In this document: positions 22,560 through 32,657 of the stretch, one piece after another
Position numbering within the stretch: the first letter of the stretch is position 1
Layout: each line of letters starts with the position of its first letter
NCBI GenBank assembly: GCA_028826165.1
Contig: JAPDFW010000028.1
Span: 1-64,000 of the forward strand
Length of the DNA stretch: 64,000 nt
Direction: 5' to 3'
Origin: Anaeramoeba ignava BMAN
Taxonomy: Eukaryota > Protista > Anaeramoebae
Notes under the pieces: generated by a model
Told to the model about the DNA's origin: nothing
Seen by the model: the letters and a program-made list of their open reading frames with translations, nothing else
The model's database searches: none
Made by a program: the position numbers and the translations under genes

Positions 22560-23125
22560 GAATCTTATTTAATATTAAATTTAGAAAAATAATTTATTAT
22601 TATTAATTAAATTTATTTATAAAAAAGTGGAATAAAATTTTAATTAAATTTTTTTAATTGTTTTTTAATTTAATTATTTTAAATAAAAAATTAAATATAA
22701 TTAATTTATTAATAATAAATAAATATTATTTAATATTATATTTTAAAAAATAATTTATTATTATTAATTAAATTTATTTATAAAAAAGTGGAATAAAATT
22801 TTAATTAAATTTTTTTAATTGTTTTTTAATTTAATTATTTTAAATAAAAAATTGAATATAATTAATTTATTAATAATAAATAAATATTATTTAATATTAA
22901 ATTTTAAAAAATAATTTATTATTATTAATTAAATTTATTTATAAAAAAGTGGAATAAATTTTTAATTAAATTTTTTTAATTGTTTTTTGATTTAATGATT
23001 TTAAATAAAATATTGAATATAATTAATTTATTAATAATAAATAAATCTTATTTAATATTATATTTTAAAAAATAATTTATTATTATTAATTAAATTTATT
23101 TATAAAAAAGTGGAATAAAATTTTA
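22560..23125. repeat. AT-rich satellite, ~160-bp monomer containing AAAAAGTGGAATAAA (left arm)
   Basis: GTGGAATA recurs at 22627, 22788, 22949 and 23110 (period 161). Confidence 0.93.
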
Positions 23126-25510
23126 GGCTTGGTTTTGATTCTTGCCAAGTGGCATATTGAGCTTATTGGCTTATCGAGCCAAAAGCAAAAAAAAAATAAT
23201 TGAAACTCAATTAGATCAAAAAAAATACCCCCTATTTTTGCCAATTTTGGCAATAAGATTTAGAATCTGATCAATAAAAATTAAAATCCCTAATTTGCCA
23301 ATTAAGAACTTTTTTATTTACGATTTCCTTTTGTCAAAATTCGCATTTGGCAAAAAAAAGTTGAAAAAAATCAGAAAAAAAAAATTTTTTTTGGCTCAGA
23401 AAGCCAAAATTCATTTAAAGAAGAAATTCCTTTAAAACCATTTATCTCCATTCTTAGGACATGTTACTTTATTGTGTCCAGGTTTTCCACATTGAGAACA
23501 ACAATATTTTTTTTCAGAGTTTTTATGTCTTTTTTTTTCGAATCCATTTTCATGTTCAGAAACTCTTTCTTCTGATAAATCAAAATCTTCTTCAGAACTC
23601 CAATCAGAAAAAGAAGAATGTCTATATAGCTTTCTTTTGGGTTTTGGCTTCTTTATTTCTGGTCCTCCTTCATCCATCTGAATAATTTTAGTCAAATCAT
23701 TATCTTCTTCATCCATAAAGTGTTCAGAGTTATGTAGAATTGGATTTTCAATAAATGGAATATTTTCATTATTTTGATTTGGATCAATCTCCTCTTCATA
23801 TTCACTGACATAATTCTCTATTTCTTCTTGTATTATTTGATTTTCCTCTTGTTCTTCTAAAATTTGAGAAGATTGTCTCTTCTTCTTATCTTGACTGTTT
23901 TTCCTTCCTTGTTTCTTTCTTACTTGAGAACTTAATCTTAATTCATCCTTTTTTTCTTCATCCTCTTTCCTATATTTCTGAACTTTCTCCCACCATTTTG
24001 TTGTTTCTTCATTATCTGTTGGAATCTCTCTTGATGTCCAGTTCTCTCTTTGAAATTGAATTTTTTTTCTTATCAATTCTTCTTCAGATTTTAATAATTC
24101 AACCATTTGTATCAATTTGGGTTTTTCATGTCCAATTCTTCTGTTTAATCTTTTTATGATATCCTTCTAATGGCCCATTTGTTCTTTGGCTTAAATCTGG
24201 AAAACTTGAGATATTCCATATTTGAGGTGAATATTTTCTCATCCATATTTTTTGAAAATATTTAAAAAATTCTTCACAACCTTTAAAATGAACTTTTATT
24301 TTCTTCAATTTCTCTTCAATCATATTTAATGGAATATAAGTTAATTCCTCTAGTGATTCAACTAATTCCTTTTTTTGATTTTCATCTAATTCTGAACACA
24401 ATTTATTCACCTTTTTCCTTATTGCATTTTTCCAGTGAAAAACAACCTATCAACTGTGCTTCTGGAAGAACTTTCTTGATTGCATTCTGAAGAGAAACTT
24501 CAAAGTCACAAGTGACATATTTAAATTTCCATTTGGAATTGAGGAAGTATCTAAAGATGTTTTCAAAGATAAATGTATACATGTCCTGCTTAGAAGAAGT
24601 TGAAATTGCATAAACTGCTGGAACGTAAATTCTACTTGAATGATCAAAACACATAATTGTAATTAATTGAGTAAAGGGTTTGGCTGCACTTAAAAAAGTG
24701 CCATCAATAAATATCTGATTGGCCTGGAAACAAAGAACTAGCTACACTATCTGAAAACCAACAAACAGCCATTTCTTTTTTGTCTTGAATCAATACTTCA
24801 GAGGAGAATCTCCAAAATTTTTTTTCATTTTTTGTTTGTGAATAAGGAGATTCAGAAAGGATTCTTATTAATTCAAAAGGAAATCTTGCTTTTCTAATTG
24901 TTGAAATAGTCTGCAAAACATGATGAGCAGGTGGTATTTCAAAATGATCATCTTCCCCAATTTCAGAATTGATTCTTTCAACAGCTAATTGGTAGATCTC
25001 CATAGAAGTCTTTCCTAATTCAGATGCCATTTGATTAATAAATTCCCAGAATCTTTTGGATAATGATTCATTTCCTTGAATTTGCTTTTCACATTCTTCT
25101 GAATGAGGACGATTTAAACGGTATTGATTGTTGAATCTGATCAATGTTGCACCACAATTAGGAGTCATACACCGATAATACTTCTTCCCTGTCTCTTCAA
25201 CAAAACTTTTTAATCGAAAAATTCTTGAATTGAAAATAAGTTTCGAATTCATCAAAAAAGAAAAAAAAAATTGAAAAAAAAAAGTCAAAAAAAAAATGAG
25301 AATGAAAAATAAAAATTTTTTTTCTTTTTCTTAAATATTTTTTTTTTCGCAAGATCCGTGATTGGGGAGAGATCTTTTTGTTTTTGGTTTTTATTAAGAA
25401 AAATAAAGTTTTTCAATTTGATTTCAATTTAAAAATATGTTTATTTTGTTTTATTAGCTCGATAAGCCAATAAGCTCAATATGCCACTTGGCAAGAATCA
25501 AAACCAAGCC
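23126..25510 (-). mobile_element. Mutator-like (MULE) DNA transposon, 2385 bp, with 54-bp perfect TIRs and 8-bp TSD AAATTTTA
   Basis: TIR GGCTTGGTTTTGATTCTTGCCAAGTGGCATATTGAGCTTATTGGCTTATCGAGC at 23126-23179 and its exact reverse complement at 25457-25510. TSD at 23118-23125 and 25511-25518. Removing the element restores the satellite monomer. Confidence 0.95.
23432..25252 (-). CDS. MULE transposase (FLYWCH-like N-terminus, DDE domain, C-terminal CCHC knuckle) with three 1-nt frameshifts
   Basis: YYRCMTPNCGATL..HSEEC; IFIDGTF; VTCDFEVSLQNAI; GCFFHWKNAI (after frame repair); RTNGPLEGYH; CSQCGKPGHNKVTCP. Shifts near 24730, 24440 and 24140. Confidence 0.9.
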
Positions 25511-26510
25511 AAATTTTAATTAAATTTTTTTAATTATTTTTTGATTTAATGATTTTAAATAAAATATTGAATATAATTAATTTATTAATAATAAATAAAT
25601 CTTATTTAATATTATATTTTAAGAAATAATTTATTATTATTAATTAAATTTATTTATAAAAAAGTGGAATAAATTTTTAATTAAATTTTTTTAATTGTTT
25701 TTTGATTTAATGATTTTAAATAAAATATTGAATATAATTAATTTATTAATAATAAATAAATATTATTTAATATTAAATTTTAAAAAATAATTTATTATTA
25801 TTAATTAAATTTATTTATAAAAAGTGGAATAAAATTTTAATTAAATTTTTAATTGTTTTTAATTTAATTATTTTAAATAAAAATTGAATATAATTAATTT
25901 ATTAATAATAAATAAATATTATTTAATATTAAAATTTAGAAAATAATTTATTATTATTAATTAAATTTATTTATAAAAAGTGGAATAAATTTTTAATTAA
26001 ATTTTTTAATTGTTTTTTGATTTAATGATTTTAAATAAAATATTAAATATAATTAATTTATTAATAATAAATAAATATTATTTAATATTAAATTTTAAAA
26101 ATAATTTATTATTATTAATTAAATTTATTTATAAAAAAGTGGAATAAAATTTTAATTAAATTTTTTTAATTGTTTTTTAATTTAATTATTTTAAATAAAA
26201 AATTGAATATAATTAATTTATTAATAATAAATAAATATTATTTAATATTAAATTTTAAAAATAATTTATTATTATTAATTAAATTTATTTATAAAAAGTG
26301 GAATAAATTTTTAATTAAATTTTTTAATTGTTTTTGATTTAATTATTTTAAATAAAAAATTGAATATAATTAATTTATTAATAATAAATAAATCTTATTT
26401 AATATTATATTTTAAGAAATAATTTATTATTATTAATTAAATTTATTTATAAAAAAGTGGAATAAAATTTTAATTAAATTTTTTTAATTATTTTTTGATT
26501 TAATGATTTA
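25511..26510. repeat. Same ~160-bp satellite (right arm, about 6 monomers)
   Basis: GTGGAATA at about 25664, 25824, 25980, 26139, 26298 and 26457. Confidence 0.93.
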
Positions 26511-26643
26511 TATATATTAAAAAAATGAGAAAAACAACTTAAGATAAAAAAAAAAGAAAAAAAATTTTTTTTAATTTTTTTAATTTTCATTTTTTTTCAT
26601 CTCTTTTTATTAAAAAAAAAACAAAATTAAAATTTTAAACAAA

Positions 26644-29147
26644 ATGGAAGTTGAATTAAACGAAAACGAAAGATGGGAAGATTTAGATCATGTTCTTCTT
26701 AGAACAAGTCCACTTGCAGGAATGGGATTTACAGGAGAAATTCAAGTAAAAAAAAAAGCAAAAAAAAAATCAAATAAAAAAAGCAAAAAAAATCAATTAA
26801 AAAAATCAAATTAAAAAATCAATTAAAAAATCAATTTAAAAAATCAATTTAAAAAATCAATTTAAAAAATCAATTTAAAAAATCAATTTAAAAAAATCAA
26901 TTAAAAAATCATATTAAAATTTTTTCAAAAAAAAGGGAAAAGAGAATTTATTCAACACCACAAAAATTCTTGTTCTTGGAGCTGGTGGTTTAGGTTGTGA
27001 GATGCTTAAAGATCTTGCTCTTTCCGGTTTTAGAGATATTCATGTCATTGATTTGGATACAATTGATTTATCAAATCTTAATAGACAATTTTTATTTCAA
27101 CAACAAGATATTGGTAAACCAAAAGCTGAAGTTGCTTCTCGTTTTATTATGGAAAGAGTTCCTGGTTGCAAAGTTACTCCGTATTTATATAATTTTAGAA
27201 AATGATTTTTCAAATTAAAATTAAAATTAAAATTAAAAATAAAAATTAAAATTAAAATTAAAATCAAAATTAAAAATTCATTTATAAAATCAAAATTAAA
27301 ATTAAAATTAAAATTCATTTATAAAATTAAAATTAAAATTAAATTCAAATTAAAATTCAAAATTAAAATTAAAATTAAAATTAAAATAAAAATAAAATTA
27401 AAACTAAAATTAAAATTAAAATTAAAATTAAAATTAAAATTAAAATTAAAATCAAAATTAAAATTAAAATTAAAATTAAAATTAAAATCAAAATTAAAAT
27501 TAAAATTAAAATTCATTTATAAAATTAAAATTAAAATCAAAATTAAAAATTAAAAATTAAAATTAAAATTCAAATTAAAGACATCATTGTGCCTTAGAAA
27601 CATTTGATCAAGAATTTTATTCACAATTTCAAATTGTAATCAGTGGACTTGATAACATTCCAGCAAGAAGATGGCTTAATTCAATGCTTGTTAATATTGT
27701 TGCTATTGATGATGATGGAAATCCAGATCCAAAAACAATTATTCCATTAATTGATGGAGGATCTGAAGGATTTAAAGGACAAATTCGAGTAATGATTCCA
27801 AGATTTGGGAGTTGTTTTGAATGTCAACTTGATGCCTTTCCTCCTGAAACTAAGTTCCCAATGTGCACAATTAGAAACACTCCTCGAAATCCTGAGCATT
27901 GTATTGAATATGCATATGCTGTTCAATGGCCTAGAGTATTTTTAAATTTTTAATAAAATTAATTTAAAAACATGAAATGAAATTTAATAAATTAATTTAA
28001 AAACATGAAATGAAATTTAATAAATTAATTTAAAAACATGAAATGAAATTTAATAAATTAATTTAAAAATATGAAATGAAATTTAATAAATTAATTTAAT
28101 AACATGAAATGAAATTTAATTAATTTAATTTAAAAACATGAAATGAAATTTAATAAATTTAATTTAATAAATTAATTTAAAAATATGAAATGAAATTTAA
28201 TAAATTTAATTTAAAAACATGAAATGAAATTTAATAAATTTAATTTAAAAATATGAAATGAAATTTAATAAATTTAATTTAAAAACATGAAATGAAATTT
28301 AATAAATTTAATGAAATTTAATAATTTTATTATTAATTAATTAGGATCATGAAAATGTTAAAGCTGATGGAGATAATCCAGCCCATATCCAAGAAATTTA
28401 TGAAAACGCACTTGAACGTGCAAAATCTTTTAATATTGAAGGAGTTACTTATATGAAAACACAAGGAATGGTTAAGAATATTATTCCAGCAATTGCTTCA
28501 ACAAATGCAATTATTGCAGGTAATTATTTATATTTATATTCCAAATATTTATATTTATATTTATATTTATATTTATATTTATATTTATATTTATATTTAT
28601 ATTTATATTTATTTTTATATTTATATTTATATTTATATTTATTTTATTTAAAAAGCTGGTTGTGTTAATGAGGCTTTCAAATTAATCACTCAAGCATCAA
28701 ATTATTTAAATAATTTCACAATTTATAATGGTGTTGAACTTTATACTTACACTTTTGAATATGAAAAAAAACCTGATTGTCTTGTTTGTGGAACATCTTC
28801 TGTCAAATATACAGGTTCAAAAGATATGCTTCTAAAAGATTTTATTGAATTTTTAAAAAGTGATAAGAACTTGTAATTGAAAAACAAAAATTTTTTCATT
28901 TACTTGACATTTTTAAATTTTTTAATTTTTTTAAATTTTTTAACTGGAAAAAAAAAAAAATTTTAATAGCAAATTAGTTCATCCAAGTATTCGTAAATTC
29001 AGAGAAATGATTTATATGAAAAACAATCCAGATACTTTTGCAAACTTAGAAAAAAAAATGGGAGAATTATTCGAAAATGGAGATGAACTCACTTTAACAG
29101 ATAAAGCAATTCCTTCAGTTTTGAGATTAAAAGTTTTTTTTAATTAA
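26644..29147 (+). CDS. UBA3: NEDD8-activating enzyme E1 catalytic subunit; exons 26644-26745, 26936-27180, 27581-27935, 28345-28519, 28656-28872, 28970-29147
   Basis: [12 protein letters not shown]; [14 protein letters not shown]; [12 protein letters not shown]; [10 protein letters not shown]; catalytic [18 protein letters not shown]; [15 protein letters not shown]. Confidence 0.95.
27955..28320. repeat. ~31-32-bp intronic tandem repeat (AAAACATGAAATGAAATTTAATAAATTAATTT)
   Basis: About 11 copies inside Uba3 intron 3. Confidence 0.9.
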
Positions 29148-29352
29148 TAAGAAAAAAAGAAAAGAACCATTTTCCAATTAGCAAAAAACACAAAAAACAA
29201 AAAACAAAAACAACTAAATTTCTTTTTTTTGAATTCTTTTTTTCTTTTTCATTTTCTTTTTTTTTTTTTTTCAAATCCACATTTTTTTTTTGCTTTCCTT
29301 AATTCAAAAAAATCAATTCTTCTTTTCCAATAAAAAAAAAAAGAAATTTAAA

Positions 29353-32300
29353 TTAAATAATTTTATTATTTAAAAACCATTTCAACCAAGAATTCTCATT
29401 TAATTGATAAAAATCAATTAAAAATAATAAATCTTCTTTTAATTGAAAAACATTTTCAGGAATTTCATCTGTATAAAAAAATTGAATCAAAGCTTGCATT
29501 GATTCAAAACTTCTTTCAGAATAATCAGTAACAATATTACTATTATCTTGAACTGAAAGAAACATTCCTCTAAAAACTTCGCTTCTTGCACATAAAATTA
29601 TTTTATGAACAGAAATATTTTTTTGATTTGAAATGATTGTAAAATCTTTTTCTTCTTTTTGATAAAGTTTTTTGAAATCTTCAATTATTCCATTTCTTGC
29701 TCTTTTGATATTTTGAGCTCCAATCAAAATTAATAAATTATTCATTTCTGTCAATTCTGGTTCATTTTGAGGATAAAATCCCAAATAAATTAATTTTCGA
29801 AAATTCAAGATGGATTCAATTTTTTTATTTGCAAATGTTTTTAAAACGAAATTAAGTGATTTTTCTTCTCCAATTCTTGAGATTAAAATTGTTTTATGAA
29901 ATCCAACTTTTTCTCCATTTGAACATGTTATAAAAAAATCATATAATTCATCCAATTCCATAAGTTTTTGCATATCTTCAAAAAAACTTAAATAACATTT
30001 AATTTGTTGCTTTTTTCTTGATGATTGTTCAAGAAGATCAACTGGAATCTGATTTTTATTTTCAAATTTTAAATTTAAATTCAAATTTTAAATTCAAAAT
30101 TATTTTATATTTTTTTTACTTTCTAAAAATTTGATTAAAAATTTATTGTTAAATTTTTTCTTCTTTCTTGTTTTTTTCTTTGGAATTTACTTTCTTTTAT
30201 TAAATCAAAAATAATTCAAATTTTTTCAATCTTTTTGGAATGAAAAATATTTACTTGCTAATTAATTTAAAATGAAAATTTTTGTAAAAAAAAACACAAA
30301 GAATTTAAAATTAAATTTACAAACTAAAATAATTCATTTTAATTTTCTTCTTTTTTTTTAAATGATATATTTTTTTTTCTTCTACATCTTCTTCTTCAAA
30401 ATTTTGACTATAATCAATTAAAACACGAATAACTTTGAAACTTCGATTTCTTTCACATGAAACTCTTAAAGGGAGTTTTTCCCTAATTTAGGAAAAATGA
30501 AAAAATAAAAACAATAAAAATAATGGTTTTTTCTATTTTTTTAAAATAATTTTTTACATCCTATTTTAATTCATTTCAAATTAACCTTTTATTTTATATT
30601 TTTATTCCTAATAAAATTTTTTTTAAAAAAAAACTAACTGCCTAAAAAATAATAGAAAATTTAAAATTAATTCGTTTTTTTTTTTTAATAAAATTCTTAA
30701 TGAAAATTTTCATTTTGTTTTTTTTTTACATCTTTTGCAGATATTTCTGCTCCCATTAAAATTAAACTTTTAATTGAATTTTGATCAGCTGAATTCCCAC
30801 AACCAAAATGAAGAGCGGTTACATCCTTAAAATAATAAATTTCTATTTAAAAAAGAAATTAAAATGAAATTTGAAAAATTTACATTCTAAAATTTTTATT
30901 TAAAAACAAAAATAATAATTTATTAAAAACTTCAATATTTTTTCTTTAATTTACTTCCTATAACAATTTATAATTTTAATTTATAATTTTAATTCAAAAT
31001 TAAATTTTTTTATTTACTCCCTTTTAATCAATAAAAAAATTATTTATTTATTAAAAAAAATAAATAAAATGAATAAATTTTGATTAAAAATGTTTTTTAT
31101 ACTGTTTTTTCTCTAACATTTGCTCCTGATTTTACAAGTAATTCAATTACTTTTGCAGATGGTTGAGAAATACAAAGTAAATGTAATGGAGTGAATTTCT
31201 TGAGAAATTAAATTAAATTAAATTAAATTACAAAACTTTTCAAATTAACAATAAAAAATTTATTTACAACCAACTTATAATTTTTTTGAGAATAATTTAA
31301 TAAAATTTTGAATAAAATTTTCTTATTAAAAAAAAATACTCCCTTTTTGATTTATTTAAAAAAAGACCATAAGTTTTCTATTTAATTTTCTTTTGGAAAA
31401 AAAAATTTACTCCCTTTGAAAAAAAATTATTAAAATAAAATTCATTTTGTTTTATTAAGATTAGTTTTACAGTTTTTTCATTAACATCAGCACCTGCTTT
31501 AATTAGTAATTGAATTACTTTATATCTAGGATTATGTTGACATGCTAAATGAAGGGCTGTTTTGCCCTGAAAAAAAAAAAAGAAAAATGAATTATTTTTT
31601 TTAAATCAATCATATTTTTTTCTTTTTTTTTGAAAAAATTACAAACTATTTTATAAAAAAAGAGAAATTAATTCTGAATCAAAATGCTTATTTAATTTCT
31701 ATTTTATGAATTACTTTCTACTTTTTTTCATTCAATAATAAATAATTTCATTAATCAAAAAAATTTTTTTTAGCAATTGATTATTTTATTTTTAAGAAGA
31801 AATTTACATCTTTTTGAAGAACATTAATTTTTGATTCAATTAAAAATTTTATTACATCACTTTTATTTTTATGTTGGCAAGCAAGATGTAAACAATTTTT
31901 TCCCTGTATATAATTATAAAATTTGGAACGGAATAAATTGAATAAAAAAATTGAGAGATTTTTTTGAAATTAAAAAATTACTAACTAAATTAATTTTTAA
32001 TAAAAAAAATAAATTAAATAAATAAATAAAAATTACATTCTAAAAAATTTATATAAAAATTTAGAATCAAAAAAATTAAAGTCTATAATTTAAATTGATG
32101 AGATATTTACATCTTGATGATGAATATCTGCACCTTTTGAAATTAATAACTTAATAATTTGTAAATTTCCTTGAAAGGTACATGCATGAAGTAATAAAGT
32201 TCTTTTCTTTTTAAATTTTTTTCATTTAAATTTTTTAATTTTTAATTTTTAAATTTTTTTAATTTAATTTTTAATATAAACTTCTTCATTTGATGTGTTT

Positions 32301-32374
32301 ATATTTTGAGAATTTAATTTTTTTTGAAGATATTTTAATTTTTTATTTGTAATTGCAGTAAATAATTTTGACAT
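29353..32374 (-). CDS. Ankyrin-repeat + tandem BTB protein with a 24-exon model including 16 micro-exons
   Basis: Large exons: 32282-32374; ankyrin exons 32111-32206, 31808-31903, 31471-31566, 31103-31198, 30730-30825 (96 nt each) and 30386-30482 (97 nt, one extra base); terminal BTB-BTB exon 29353-30048. All junctions are phase-0 GT-AG. The ORF track shows only the last exon. Confidence 0.9.
30120..32039 (-). other. Sixteen predicted single-codon micro-exons (AG|NNN|GT)
   Basis: 32037-39 AAT, 31982-84 TTA; 31715-17 AAA, 31643-45 TTT; 31411-13 GGA, 31340-42 GGA, 31271-73 TTG (or 6-nt TTGGTT, 31268-73); 31018-20 GGA, 30955-57 GAA, 30884-86 AAT; 30639-41 GCA, 30558-60 GAT; 30321-23 TTT, 30255-57 CAA, 30191-93 AAA, 30120-22 AAA. 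Including them restores the ankyrin D-x-x-G-x-T-P/A spacing in four of the six linkers. Confidence 0.85.
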
Positions 32375-32657
32375 TTAAAAAAAGAATGAAAAATGAAAAA
32401 TGAAAAATTTTTTTTTATAAAAATTACTAATTATTTTATTATTAAAAAAAAACAAAAAAAATAAAAAAATTTTTTTTCATTTTTTTTTCATTTTAATTTT
32501 CTTTTAATTTCCTTTTAATTTCCTTTTAAATTTCCTTTTCCAAAATCAAAAAAAAAAAAAAGTCCTAAATTTAAAAAAGCAAAATAAAAATTAAAATTTA
32601 GATTTAGATTTAGAATTAGATTCTCAATTTAAAATTAGAATTAAAATTAAAATTAAA

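Noticed and set aside
30386-30482. Pseudogene status of the micro-exon ankyrin gene because of the 97-nt exon
   Set aside because: The single extra base lies in a CCC/TTT run, like errors in many other genes here, and all splice sites and other exons are intact. Not excluded without reads.
26644-32374. Functional cluster of Uba3 with BTB (Cullin-3 adaptor) genes
   Set aside because: BTB genes are frequent here (four in 64 kb), so adjacency is expected by chance; no shared regulatory evidence.
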